NCBI GenBank assembly: GCA_963823665.1
Contig: CAWGMQ010000006.1
Span: 896,001-960,000, forward strand
Reading direction: 5' to 3'
Origin: an uncultured Planctomycetota bacterium
GTDB lineage: Bacteria; Planctomycetota; Planctomycetia; Isosphaerales; Isosphaeraceae
Length of the DNA: 64,000 bases
Shown here one piece after another: positions 31,364 to 42,403 of the stretch. Both the position numbers and the translations under genes were made by a program. The notes below the pieces were generated by a model. It was not told the DNA's origin. It did not search any database and saw only the letters and a program-made list of their open reading frames with translations. Numbering within the stretch: the stretch's first letter is position 1; every line of letters begins with the position of its first letter.

Positions 31364-32227
31364 TCAGTCCTGGTCGAGTCGAGCCACACCATTCCCCGGC
31401 TTCGGGAACCGGACGAACACCTCCGGGTCGTGTCCCGGGATGATCATTCGAGGGTTGGTCGCGAGCTGCTTCATCCGGTCCTGCGCAGCCAGGTTTGACT
31501 TGGCGTCGAGCGTAGCCGTGATCGGCACGTGCTTGTCGAGGTTCTCGTACAGATAGACGTTGTCCGACGCCACCACCATGCGGCCCGACTTCGTATTTAC
31601 GCCCACATACTGCGACGCGAACGTGTGCTTCCCTCCGGTGTAAACCGTCACTCCGGGTATGATCTCCTTGGCGTCGCCTTCGACCAGACGAACACGGCCC
31701 TCGGTGTTCAGCTTCATCAGGGCCGAGACGTCATCCAGCTCGGTCGGCGCGGCTTTGGCGGACGGCGGCTTGACCTCGCGCGTGTAATGATTGAACTCAT
31801 CTTTCTGAATCCAGACCGTTGCCTTCGGAAACAAATCGACACCATCGAAGTGATCCGAGTGCATGTGCGTTACGATGACGTCGGTGACCTCTTCCGGCTT
31901 GATCCCGAGTCGCCCGACCGCCCGGTCGGGTCGAGTGTAGTCGGCGATCCCTTTGAACTCCTCGAAGAACTGCGGCCGATAGAACCCGGCATCGACCAGG
32001 ACCGTCCGCCCGTCTGGGCCTTTCAGTACCCAGAAAGTCATGGCGAGGTCGACTTTCCGCTGCGGTTCGGCCCCCTGCACGAGGAAAGAGACTGGACAGC
32101 CGGGACACGTGCCATACCGGACAGCATACACCTCGTAGGGCGGCGGCTCGTCGGCCCGTGCATCGAGTCCATAGAGGCCGCTGACTCCAGTCATGACGAT
32201 GAGGGCGAGGAACCGTCGATGTGGCAT
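31364..32227 (-). CDS. Secreted metallo-beta-lactamase-fold hydrolase (AHL-lactonase family)
   Basis: Signal peptide, VLVDAG, THMHSDHFDG, IPGHD. Confidence 0.88.
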   Translation of the reverse strand: MPHRRFLALIVMTGVSGLYGLDARADEPPPYEVYAVRYGTCPGCPVSFLVQGAEPQRKVDLAMTFWVLKGPDGRTVLVDAGFYRPQFFEEFKGIADYTRPDRAVGRLGIKPEEVTDVIVTHMHSDHFDGVDLFPKATVWIQKDEFNHYTREVKPPSAKAAPTELDDVSALMKLNTEGRVRLVEGDAKEIIPGVTVYTGGKHTFASQYVGVNTKSGRMVVASDNVYLYENLDKHVPITATLDAKSNLAAQDRMKQLATNPRMIIPGHDPEVFVRFPKPGNGVARLDQD

Positions 32228-32918
32228 GAAAAGCTCGCAAGACAGAACGGGGATAGGCCGTGTAGTCGGACACAGGCTCGACAACGACGCCGCGCCATAG
32301 TATAGGCAGTTGGATTGCGCCGGCGAAGAGGGTGGTGACTCATGCCCCGTCCGAGGGCGTTCCGGGAACTTCGACTGCTCAACGGCTCAACCGGCGACCC
32401 GTGTCTGCTCGTCGACGATCAGGGCAAGGAATTAGACCGAGTGCATGTGAGCATCGAAAGAGGACGACCATGCAAGACGTTACTGGTCCACATCGAAGAT
32501 CGCGGCGTGTCTTGCCCGCTTCCTGAGGTTGATTCTGATCTGATCTGATCTGATCCGATCTGCGAGCATCTGCGTCGAACTGCGGACCAAACTCCTGGTC
32601 CCACGTTCTTCCACACGCGATTCGATCCGCCGGCAGCGTTCACCGCAAATCCCTTCACCGGCCCTGGACTCGCTCCCCTCCCATCTCGTTTCGTGTGTTT
32701 CGCGTATTTCGTGGTTCAAAGCTGTTCCTCTCGATCGGTGCACACCAGCCAGCAGCCTGGGATCGCTCCGTGGTCTGGCTGATCCTCAACAACCCCGCCA
32801 ACACGACGGTGCAGCGTGTTTCCGGCGACTGCGCTGTGGCGATCGGTTGTGATCCGGACCCCAATCGGTTACGATGATCGCCCCACTGACAGTTGTCGAT
32901 GGTGCGAGATCGTGATCG

Positions 32919-33893
32919 ATGAAAAGCATGGGTTGGCTCTTCCTGGCGATCCTCACCGCGTATGGCTGCGCCGTGGTCGCGCCGCTCGTGCGATACAGGT
33001 TTCGGGGAAGGGTCGGCGCGTTCGTCGGCTGGTGCATTGTGCCGATTGTCCTGGTTTGCCCGTTGCTCATTCCGTCGGCGAATGTAGGGCTGCGGGCCGC
33101 GTGCGCGTTCGCATCGATCGACATCACCTTCAAGATGGTCGAGTATTTTCGCCATTGGAGCAATCTGGAGCGGAGCAGAGTCCTTCGCGAGTACTTTCGC
33201 TTCTTGATCCCGTTCCCGGTATTCTCCGTCGTCTATCCCGATCATAAGCGGCGATTGCTGCGTCCGGAGAGCCCGTGGCCGCAGGTTCTGCGTCTCTTCG
33301 GTGGGATCGTCGGTTTCACCATTGCCTTCCTGGCGGTGAGTGCTCTCTCCAGCATTCCACTGCTCCGATCGAGCTTCGCGCTCAACCATGCTGCGATCTT
33401 GCCGATCTTCGTGCTCGCCATCGAATCGCTTTCGCGAGCGTTGTACGGGCTCGAACGCCTCGCCGGATTCGACACAACCCCGATTGTCCGAAACGCGTAC
33501 CTGTCGCGGACCGTCTCCGAGTTCTGGCGACGGTACAATTACCGGACGCATGACTGGCTCTACCGCAACGTTTTCCAACCGACCGGTGGCCGACGCGCCC
33601 CGGTCCGATCCATTCTGCTGGTGTTTCTCGTCAGCGGTTTATTCCACGAAGTAACGTTCGCGCTGGCGACCTCGCGACTGACCGGCTATCAGCTCGCGTT
33701 CTTCACAATCCAGGGTCCGGCAGTGCTGGTCTCGGGCCGCCTCGAGCGCCTGGCCAGGCGAGGAGGGCTTGCGGGCAGGATCATGGCCCACGGGACTACC
33801 ATCCTCTTCATCGCCGTCACGTCGGTGCTGTTCTTCGACGGCGTCAGCAAGGTTTTCCCGTTCGTCTATGCCAGCCAGTCGCCGCTGCCGTAG
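32919..33893 (+). CDS. MBOAT-family membrane-bound O-acyltransferase
   Basis: Multiple TM segments; SEFWRRYN, FLVSGLFHE. Confidence 0.85.
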   Translation: MKSMGWLFLAILTAYGCAVVAPLVRYRFRGRVGAFVGWCIVPIVLVCPLLIPSANVGLRAACAFASIDITFKMVEYFRHWSNLERSRVLREYFRFLIPFPVFSVVYPDHKRRLLRPESPWPQVLRLFGGIVGFTIAFLAVSALSSIPLLRSSFALNHAAILPIFVLAIESLSRALYGLERLAGFDTTPIVRNAYLSRTVSEFWRRYNYRTHDWLYRNVFQPTGGRRAPVRSILLVFLVSGLFHEVTFALATSRLTGYQLAFFTIQGPAVLVSGRLERLARRGGLAGRIMAHGTTILFIAVTSVLFFDGVSKVFPFVYASQSPLP

Positions 33894-34701
33894 GACGCGT
33901 TCGCAAAAACCGAAGGCCACGGGCTCGCAGCATCAGGCAGGGGATCGTCATGAACAGGACTTGCGCCGACGTGACACCGGCGTACCATTGCGAACTGAAC
34001 AAGAGCGGGGCGTACCGAGCGGCCAAGACGTAGACGAGTCCGCCCGTCGGAGCGACGACCAGGAGCGCCACCGCCCTGAGAAGGACCGGCGATGAACCGA
34101 GACACGCCCAGAGGACCGTCAGTGCGACGATCGCCGCGGCGCACCCGCCGGCGACGTTGATTGCGACAACGATCGTCCCCAGGGTGGTGGGTTGCGTGCC
34201 GCGCACCACCGCCAGAAGCAGCGCCACTGCGGCTGTAAATACCAGTATGTCGAATATCGAGAACCGCAGAGCATTGTTCGACCCAGGATTCCCCTTCCAT
34301 TGCTCCCCAGCGTCAATAAACGCCAGGCCGTACCTCAATGACCGAGCGGCGAGCAATGCGACGACCAGGCATCCTGCCTGCACGCCGAACATCAGGAGCA
34401 ACTGGCCGATCAAGAATCCATCCCAGTCGAAAAACGGATTGAAGAACAGGCCCATCACCGCAACTCCTGCCACCAGCGCCGAAGCCCGTCGGGTCCAGTG
34501 CAGGGCTGCCCAGGCGACCAGGATCGACGAAAGTCCCAGAAGCGCCGCACAAAGCCCGAACGAGATCATCAGACTCAGGCTCGCCTGTGTATGCGGAGGC
34601 CCTAACGCCCAGTGCCACCTGACCATCACGCTGAGAGTCAGTAAGTAGACCGCCAGAGTCGCAGCGAGAACCCAACTTAGGCGGAACCTTGTTGGAGCCA
34701 T
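33844..34701 (-). CDS. Hypothetical multi-pass membrane protein
   Basis: About eight hydrophobic segments; RFSIFDIL motif. Confidence 0.65.
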   Translation of the reverse strand: MAPTRFRLSWVLAATLAVYLLTLSVMVRWHWALGPPHTQASLSLMISFGLCAALLGLSSILVAWAALHWTRRASALVAGVAVMGLFFNPFFDWDGFLIGQLLLMFGVQAGCLVVALLAARSLRYGLAFIDAGEQWKGNPGSNNALRFSIFDILVFTAAVALLLAVVRGTQPTTLGTIVVAINVAGGCAAAIVALTVLWACLGSSPVLLRAVALLVVAPTGGLVYVLAARYAPLLFSSQWYAGVTSAQVLFMTIPCLMLRARGLRFLRTRPTAAATGWHRRTGKPC

Positions 34702-34975
34702 TGGCGTGAGGCACACTCGTTTCGACAATTGAGCAGAATCTTGACGTCGAGCGTCTCGTCACCGCTACCGAATCGACTGCCGATGCCTTTGGACGTGAAG
34801 TCACTCAATTATTTCTTGAGTCAGCCCACGTCGTCCTTGTCGACGAGAACCTGCACGTCGACGTGAGGTAGCAGCCGTCGCAGTCGCTCGACGGCCGCGG
34901 GCTTGATCCAGGTCGCCATGAGCTTCAGTTCGCGCAGGTCTGCGCACAACTCGGCTGCGTTCGGAACACTCTCAA

Positions 34976-35266
34976 TCAGATTATATCCCAGCCCCGCTCC
35001 GGGTAGGCGGCCTCGACTTCATCGAGCACCTTCGACCAGAGCTCGACCATCGCCGTGTGCAAATCCGCGCCGCTGAAATCGCCGATCTTCGCCTCGAATT
35101 CGACTCTCGAGATTGTTGCGACTTTGATGGGCGGCGGGTTCAATCCTTTGCTGATGCCCATGGACCGGAGCGACTCGCCCAGATGCTGATCCAATCTGGC
35201 GATGAAGGCGGGCGAGTCCAGTCCGCGGTCCTCCGGGGACCGGTCGTTTTTTTTCCATGTGAGCAT
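34976..35266 (-). CDS. Small hypothetical protein
   Basis: ORF with a GAGG RBS-like site, downstream of the 45-bp repeat. Confidence 0.45.
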   Translation of the reverse strand: MLTWKKNDRSPEDRGLDSPAFIARLDQHLGESLRSMGISKGLNPPPIKVATISRVEFEAKIGDFSGADLHTAMVELWSKVLDEVEAAYPERGWDII

Positions 35267-35309
35267 GGCTTCACTCCGTGCCTCGAAAATCGCTCGAAAG
35301 TCGTCTTCT

Positions 35310-35354
35310 GATTGTATGCAGCCTCCCCTTGCTCGGCGAGCCCTGGTGAACTCT
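35310..35354 (-). promoter_or_regulatory. 45-bp repeat copy 1, ending in a TACAAT -10-like box
   Basis: 42/45 identical to 39571-39615. Confidence 0.55.
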
Positions 35355-35525
35355 GATACGTGCGGGATGAACTGACCCTCCGTGTAGGAGCAATTCACCG
35401 CCTTGTTTGTGATCAAAGCTGAGAATAGGATAAAAACCACTCCCGAGGCCCTTGCCGGTCGTGAGCATAGGCGAGTTCACAGCGTTCGGGCGCGAATCCA
35501 ACCCACGATGTCACGAAGGTGAACA

Positions 35526-36521
35526 ATGTCCCGACTCGTCGTCAGATCATCGCTGTTTCTGCTGGTCACCGGGGTGCTGTTGTGGTCCCGGAATGTCTTC
35601 GCTCAGGATGTGGCGGTCGGAAAAACCGCCGAGCGGGTGTCTCAACAACCCGCTTCGACGGATGTCGCGTCTCGAGCCTACCGGCCGCGGGACGTCGAAG
35701 TACCGGACGCTGTCCGGATCAAGAGACCAACTGCCCAGGAGTTGGCGATCGCGGAGAAAGTGCTTGCGGATTTCAAGGAGTCTGCTGATCCGCGGGTGAA
35801 GGCGGTCTTGAAGACCTTCCCGACGCTGGTCGAAGTGCGCGTTCCCCGACCAAATTCAGCGATTGTTCCCGGATTGGCTCCGTTTTTCCGGCAGAAGCAC
35901 GACGCAAATGTCGCCGTCGCGAAGCAAGGGAAGGCCGAGCTTCTGCTCTTGGGCGATTCGATCACGGATTTCTGGCGAAACGAACGTGGCCCGTTCGCGG
36001 GCAAGCAGGTGCTGGACAAGCATTTTGGGCGCTGGAACGTGGCGAACTTCGGCATCGCCGGCGACACAACTCAGGGGGTATTGTATCGACTTCAATACGG
36101 TGAAGGAGAAGGGTTTTCTCCCAGGGCAGTCATGTTGATGATCGGAACAAATAACACAGGTAGAAACACGGCAGAAGAAATTGCCGAGGGCATTGGCGCT
36201 GTAGTCTCGATGCTGCGAAAGTGCTTTCCGGAGTCCAGGATTTTGCTCCTTGGGGTCTTTCCTCGAAGTCGAGCGAATGATCCCGTTCGCCAGACCATTC
36301 GCGAAATCAACAACACGATCTCCAAACTCGACGATGGCGACAAGATTCACTACCTCGACATTGGTGCCCGATTTCTGAATTCGGATGGAAACATCCCAGC
36401 GGATGTAATGAGTGACGCCCTGCATCCCTCGAGCAAAGGCTACGAGATCTGGGCAGACGCTGTCGGAACCACCCTGAGCAAACTCATGGACGGTGGGGCT
36501 GGGCGAAAGACCAGTCCCTGA
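35526..36521 (+). CDS. SGNH/GDSL hydrolase with signal peptide
   Basis: GDSIT, NFGIAGD, GTNN, DALHP. Confidence 0.92.
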   Translation: MSRLVVRSSLFLLVTGVLLWSRNVFAQDVAVGKTAERVSQQPASTDVASRAYRPRDVEVPDAVRIKRPTAQELAIAEKVLADFKESADPRVKAVLKTFPTLVEVRVPRPNSAIVPGLAPFFRQKHDANVAVAKQGKAELLLLGDSITDFWRNERGPFAGKQVLDKHFGRWNVANFGIAGDTTQGVLYRLQYGEGEGFSPRAVMLMIGTNNTGRNTAEEIAEGIGAVVSMLRKCFPESRILLLGVFPRSRANDPVRQTIREINNTISKLDDGDKIHYLDIGARFLNSDGNIPADVMSDALHPSSKGYEIWADAVGTTLSKLMDGGAGRKTSP

Positions 36522-36544
36522 GGGCCGCTGCAAGCGAATTCAAG

Positions 36545-37000
36545 ATGCCAAGGGTGCGCGTTCTTGTGGACAACGCGGGTGCCAAACTCTCGAGACGTCT
36601 GCGTGTGATTCCGCGACGGTTGCGGACCATCGCGTCGCTCGTGGACCATGCTCGGTACCCGAGCGTTTTTCGCGCTCTTTGGCCCAAACGTTTGTCGACG
36701 CGGCACCTCATGATTCTCGTCGCAGTCGTGGGTGTATTCCTCGGCGTGTTGAGACTGTGGCTTGACGTCTCGTACCGTCGGCAGAAAGCCGCATTCCACG
36801 AGGAAATGGCTGCGCTTCACAGAGGCCGGCGACCCCCGACCATGAAGGCTGCTGCCTTCCGTCGCTTGATGGCAGTCATGCCTCGACACCCGGAACTGGC
36901 CGTTCTCCATTCTCGAATGAAAGAGAAATGGCAAGACGCGGCCGCTCACCCCTGGCAGCCGGTCGAAGCCGATCCAGCCAACCTGATTGAACATCCTTGA
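36545..37000 (+). CDS. Hypothetical single-TM protein
   Basis: RLSTRHLMILVAVVG..; C-terminal AAAHPWQPVEAD. Confidence 0.5.
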   Translation: MPRVRVLVDNAGAKLSRRLRVIPRRLRTIASLVDHARYPSVFRALWPKRLSTRHLMILVAVVGVFLGVLRLWLDVSYRRQKAAFHEEMAALHRGRRPPTMKAAAFRRLMAVMPRHPELAVLHSRMKEKWQDAAAHPWQPVEADPANLIEHP

Positions 37001-37012
37001 AGTCGGGAGAGG

Positions 37013-39521
37013 CTATTTGCTTCCTGACACCTTTTCTCCATTCAGCGCCTTTTCGAGCCACTGGTTGTCGTGCAGCCTGGCCGCTGTCTTCTGAGATGAA
37101 AGAGTGATGGCAGTTCGCGGGAGCGATTCCGTGTTCAGGTAGGACAGGGCCAAGTCCTTCATCATCTCGACCATCATGCGGGTCTGAAACGACTGTATCT
37201 TGCCTCCGCGCCAGAAGATCGACTTGACGCGCTCGGCGACGATCCGGAACAGGCGAATGTCAACGAGTGGTGACGTGGCTTTGTCCTTCCGTGTCAAGCT
37301 CCCAACCTGCGCTGCGATCTCGCACGCGGCGGCCGCGGCAGAATGAATGGTGAATGACGGGTACCGCTTGGAGTATTCCTCACACAGTTTATTGATTCTT
37401 GCGAGCGTCTCAGCCGCCAGCCGGTCTTCCAGGGGTCGAGCCCAGTCGAGTGCCGCTCGCAGGTACAAGTCGTCGAATCGGCGCACGCTTTGAGCCGCTG
37501 AGTCTCGGCTTGAGATGCATGCGCGCGCCGCCGCCCCGAGCGCCTCACGCAACTCGGGTTTGTCCATGAGCTCCCGCAGACAATCAGCCAGCTTGTCCGC
37601 ATCTCCCGGTGGGAAGAGCAAGCCGGTCTGACGGTCCGTCAGCATTTCGGGGATGCCTCCCGTGTTCGACGCCACGATCGCCTTGCCGCTGGCCATCGCC
37701 TCGAGTACGACATATCCCATCGGCTCGTACAGCGAAGGCACCACCACGATATCCGAGGCAGCGTAGCACTCAGCGACCCTTCGTACGTCCGCCCCCACCT
37801 CCTCCATCTTGTAAGTTCCACCGGCATCGTCGAAGGGTTTCAAATCGACCTTGTACCGCTCCTGCGCAAACGACAGGTAGTGCTCACCATCGTGTGCACT
37901 GTCGCTGGGTTTACTGTCCCGGAAACCTGAACCGACAATCAGCAGTAGAAACTTCCGCTTCTCTTTCTGCAATGCAGTACAACTCTCGAATAGCACTTCG
38001 AGGCCTTTGCGTCGGTCCGGTCTCCCGACAAACGCGATCGTGAGCAGATCCTTCAGTTCCGAGCTCCTCCGGATGAGAACCCGTCGGCGTTTTGTTCTCC
38101 ACGGCACGGCTGAACGGACCGCTATCGAACGGCGCGGGGAATACCTCGACATCGGTGGCGCCCAACTGCTTGAGTTCCTCGCTATGGAAAGATGATATTA
38201 CGTTGATGTAATCTAGGTTAAGACACGCTTCGGTTTCGGCGCGCCTGAGATCGCGCAATTCCGTGAGCGTGTTCGGCTCCAGGTTTCCGTCGAAGACTCC
38301 GCGCGTGAACGCCAGGTCCGTTGACAGCAGGCTGTGGGACGTGCAAACGGTCCGGAACCCGGCCAGCGCCGCCTGCTCGGCAAATGCCAGGAAATGCACG
38401 TGAACCACGTCCGGCACCCGCTCGCCAGGAGAACGCCTGGCACGGAGCTTCTCAAGCGCGCTGGTCACCGCCGATCGGAAGAAATAGTAGCTGGCGGGGT
38501 AAACCAGGTCGCGCGGGACGTAGCTTTCACCTTTCGCGTCCTTGTACATGAACTGGTCGAAGACCTCGATCACCTCATGTGTGTGATGGGTCAGCGGTTC
38601 AGCTTGATCTCCTTGTTTTTCGTTCGTGATCAACGACAGGAATGTCTCGATGCCCCCGTATTCGAGCTTGGGGGTACTGGACCAGCTCGGGTATTTGAAT
38701 GCCAGGTGAACGATGTGAAGCTTGGTGGGCAGGCCGGAAGCGATGTCGTACAACAGGGCCGCCGTGTCGGGGGCCGAGAACGCATCGATGCCGGACTGGC
38801 CAAAATCGTAGCGGCAGCGCTCCAGGTCATTCTCATCAAAGACGGCTGCGTAAGACCTGGCTTTCAAACCCGGGTCAATGCCGCGCCGTGCGTGGGCGAG
38901 CAGTTGGAGGAAATTGTAGTCCTGGAGGGAATAGCCAATGAAGATGAAGGGACGGGTTCTCGCCACAGACCGCACGTGCTCCAGAAGCGCTTCTCGCCGG
39001 GGGTCGGTCTCGAAGTTGACGTAGTCTTCCTTGGTGATCACGAGAAGCTCGGGGTGATGGAAGTCGCCATGGAGCTTGATCAACCGCGGCCGGCCTTCGG
39101 ACTTGAGCTGGAGCTGAGGGCCCGTCACGATCACATCGATTTCGACCCCGACCTGCTGGCATGCGCTCTCGATTAGCGTATCGTAGTTCGTAGTGATCAC
39201 ATCGGAAATATGCTTGTGCTTCAGCAGCCACGCGATCAAGAAATGTGATGGGCTCAGATCGGAGCCCCCCGTGGCATTGAGCAGGCTCCGGAGTTTGAGC
39301 GATAGTGTGCGGCGGCCGTGTATTCGGACAATCGTTTCGGCGACCTCCTGAAGGTTGTCATTCTGAAGGCCGGGCAATTTCAGGGTCGTGGTCAACTTGC
39401 TGGCAAGTTCCTTCGCCGTCGGGAGCCTTGCCGCCACCGACACGCCGGCGCCGACAAACAGCACCGCATCCCCGCCGTTGATGGCTTCCCGGAGTGCCGC
39501 CGAAACTGAGGGCGAGGGCAT
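37013..39521 (-). CDS. SIR2-like (SIR2_2) domain fused to a GT4/GT-B glycosyltransferase; frameshift near 38070
   Basis: LFVGAGVS, ITTNYD, KLHGD, FIGYSLQD; then GGIETF, PDVVHVH, TSHS; FVGRPDRRKG, VVPSLYEPMGYVVLEAMASG, GGIPE. Confidence 0.85.
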
Positions 39522-39570
39522 TGCTCGATCTCCTGTAGGCTCGATTTCTTTCGTTTTGCTTAATGCTAGC

Positions 39571-39615
39571 GATTGTACGCAGCCTCCCATTGCTCCGCGA
39601 GCCCTGGTGAACTCT
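39571..39615 (-). promoter_or_regulatory. 45-bp repeat copy 2, upstream of the SIR2-GT4 gene
   Basis: 42/45 identical to 35310-35354. Confidence 0.55.
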
Positions 39616-39953
39616 CGAACGTCGCGTCATCGGATTGAGGAGTCGAACGAACAGACGAGATCTTTGCTCGGGGGCCGTTTGTGTTGGAGTGCAGCGTGAA
39701 AGAAATCTTTGTTCTTGGGGCTTCTGTGTCGGGAGCAGGGAGAGCTTGGAACAGAAGGAAACGAAGGTAACGAAGTTGGGAGTTGTCAGGTCGAGCGCGC
39801 AGCGGGCGCGGTTGAGGGCGGGCGAGGGGTACGAGGTGGGGATCACCGGCGACGTACCGGTACAAACGTGATTTTCCAGGCTTGCACAGGCGCAAAGCGG
39901 AGATGTTCGGTCGGGTGGGACCGGAATGATGAGGAAGTCAAATTTGGCGGGAG

Positions 39954-41303
39954 CTATTCACTCATGGCCAGACGGTGCTTCGCGATCGTTGCGGGGGACA
40001 CCGGCTCGGCGCCGTTGGGGGCTCGGAGCGTGTTCAAGAAGTCGATGAGCGCGGCCCGATCGTCCGCGGGGAGCTTGAGGTACATGGCCGTCACGGCCTC
40101 CGCATCGCCATGATGGCGCAGGACCGCTGACTCCAGTGTCGGCGAGCCGCCGTCGTGAAAATATGGGGCGGAATCCGCCACCCCCCAGAGGAGGGGCGTC
40201 TTCCACTCCTCGGGCAGCGGGTAATCCTCCGGCAACGGGACCGGGGGCGTCTCGCGGTAGCCGCCGGCGCCTCCGCCTCCGCCTGGCGATCGGTCGTCGA
40301 GGCGGTGGAGCAGGAAGTCGGAGTAGACGCCCTCGACTCCCGCCACGTCCGGGGTATGACACACCGCACAGCCGATCCCGCGGAACAGGGCCTTGCCGCG
40401 CTCGGATCGGCGCCGCGCTTCGGGGTCGGCCGGCGCGGCCTCGACCGGGCGCGGCAGCGTGTCGACGAATGCCACCAGCGAGCGGAACTGGGCGTCCGTC
40501 AGGTCGCGCTCGACCTGCGGATAATCCAGGCGCACCATTGGCCTGGCCTGCTCCATGCGCGGGTTGCCGAGACCGATCTCGTTGGCGCACGCGGCGGCGA
40601 CGAAATCCTCCAGAGTGGCGAACTGGGCCTTCCAGCCGAACTTGCCCACGCGTCCGTCGGGGAGCACGCGCGGCCGCCCCGGCACCACCCCACCCAGATT
40701 GCCGACGATCTCGTTGCTGACCGCGGCGGTTGAGGTCGTCAGGCTCTGGTAGCGGATCGTCTTGGCCGAGATCCGGTCGATCCAGCCGGCGCCGAAGAGG
40801 GCCGTGGAATTCACGGTCTCGGTATGAACCGGGTCGAAATCCTGCGTGAAGACCTTGCACCCGCCCTCGACCCGGGTCCCGCCGGGAACGATCGGGAAGA
40901 ACTTGGTGAGCTCGCCGCGCCCCTCGAGGAAATGGTTGGCGACGGCGAAGCGATGGATCAAGCCGCCCTTGACCTCGGGCCGATCCTGGGTCGGGAACGC
41001 CTCGAAGGCCAGGACGTTGTGCTTGTTGTCGCCGCCCCCGCCGGCTCCTCCCTGGAAATGGCACTCGACGCACGACCGAGCATTGAAGACCGGCCCGAGC
41101 CCGTCACCTCGGGCCAATGGGTCGTGCGGCTGCCAATCGTGCTCGAACAGCTCCAGCCCTGCCGCAACGACCTCGGCCGAGGCCTGCGGGCCGCGCCAGA
41201 CGGGCAGCCCGGGCGTGAAGATCCACAGGACCGCGAACGCAGCGAGCCCGAACAGTCCCATTCCGACCCAGCGGCGAATTCGCGCGAATGGCGAGTCGTA
41301 CAT
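39954..41303 (-). CDS. Di-heme oxidoreductase-family (DHOR) c-type cytochrome
   Basis: GDGLGPVFNARSCVECH, GKFGWKA, CAVCH, WKTPLLWG, YFHDG. Confidence 0.88.
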   Translation of the reverse strand: MYDSPFARIRRWVGMGLFGLAAFAVLWIFTPGLPVWRGPQASAEVVAAGLELFEHDWQPHDPLARGDGLGPVFNARSCVECHFQGGAGGGGDNKHNVLAFEAFPTQDRPEVKGGLIHRFAVANHFLEGRGELTKFFPIVPGGTRVEGGCKVFTQDFDPVHTETVNSTALFGAGWIDRISAKTIRYQSLTTSTAAVSNEIVGNLGGVVPGRPRVLPDGRVGKFGWKAQFATLEDFVAAACANEIGLGNPRMEQARPMVRLDYPQVERDLTDAQFRSLVAFVDTLPRPVEAAPADPEARRRSERGKALFRGIGCAVCHTPDVAGVEGVYSDFLLHRLDDRSPGGGGGAGGYRETPPVPLPEDYPLPEEWKTPLLWGVADSAPYFHDGGSPTLESAVLRHHGDAEAVTAMYLKLPADDRAALIDFLNTLRAPNGAEPVSPATIAKHRLAMSE

Positions 41304-41657
41304 CGCAGCCCTCCCGAACAGGTGGAACGCCCGCGCGGGCGTGAGGATGAAGAAGAGCTTCCACGACGGGTTTACTCCGACAACTGTAGTGAGATGCCCG
41401 GGAGAATTCAAGGGGTCACTGGCGGTGATGCTGGGTTCGAGGCTGGAGATGATTGGTGGATTGGCCCGGCGGCGCCCCTTGCTGAGCCAGCCCTGATCAT
41501 GGGGAACGCTTCGCGATGAGATGCGTGAGCAATCGCTCAGCCGCTTGGAAAGGGCTGATGCCGACGGACGATCGCGAAGCGACCGGAGGACGACAAAACG
41601 CCTTGACAGTGTACGGTGAAGTGCCGTGCAGTGTGATCTAACGGAAAGAGAGGTATT

Positions 41658-41951
41658 ATGATGCCAAGAGAGCATAGTCGTAGTGCCCGCATTGAGGCAC
41701 GGATCGCTCCGGAAGCTCTGGCCGTGGTCAAGCGCGCCGCTGAAATGCAAGGGCGCAGCATCAGTGATTTTGTGGTGGCCGCTGCCCAGGAAGCCGCGCA
41801 TAGGATGATTGAAGAGGCTCACGTCATCCGGTTATCGATCGAAGACCAGGAGCGATTCGTGGAGTTGTTACTCAATCCGCCGCCACTGTCGCCAGCGATG
41901 AAGCGGGCCAAAAAAGCGCATTCCCGGCTGATCCGGGAATCCCACGAATGA
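41658..41951 (+). CDS. DUF1778 (TacA/AtaR-type) antitoxin
   Basis: RSARIEARI...KRAAE.QGRSISDFVV.AA...IRLS.EDQ..F...LLNPP. Confidence 0.92.
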   Translation: MMPREHSRSARIEARIAPEALAVVKRAAEMQGRSISDFVVAAAQEAAHRMIEEAHVIRLSIEDQERFVELLLNPPPLSPAMKRAKKAHSRLIRESHE

Positions 41952-42206
41952 TCGGGCCGTTCCTGGTGGAGGCTGTCGGCTCCAGCCACGACCGGTCGAG
42001 TTTCTCCTGCGGCGTCCCGGTCCTTGACGCGTATTTCCAAAAGCAGGTCACACAGGACGTGCGTCGCCGCGTAACGGCGTGCTCTGGTGGTTGACGCCAA
42101 GGATGCCGAGGCGGAAGGCTTCTACCGTCACCATGGCTTCGTGTCTTTCGGCAGCCAGCCGAGGCAGCTCGTCATGCCGCTTACAAACGTGAAGATCAAG
42201 GAGTGA
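41948..42206 (+). pseudogene. GNAT toxin (TacT/AtaT-type) with internal deletion
   Basis: HDRSSFSCG...LDAYF.KQ..QD joined out of frame near 42080 to LVVDAKDAEAEGFYRHHGF. Confidence 0.85.
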
Positions 42207-42403
42207 CTGGCCGTGGCAGCGCTGTGCCCGGGAAGGGTAGCGGACCCGCGCCCTCGCAAGTTCGACCGATCTTGAGTAAGCTTTCGAGAGCCCCGGCGCA
42301 TCAGAGACGAGGAGACTTCTTGATAGGCCTGACGTGCCTCGATGGGGCTGCGGAGGCCGCGAGAATCAGGGCGCCGGATCGGAATCACCCGGAGGTCCCC
42401 ACG

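Noticed and set aside
32535..32560. (CTGAT)n pentamer run
   Set aside because: Short intergenic microsatellite with no evident link to a gene or promoter.
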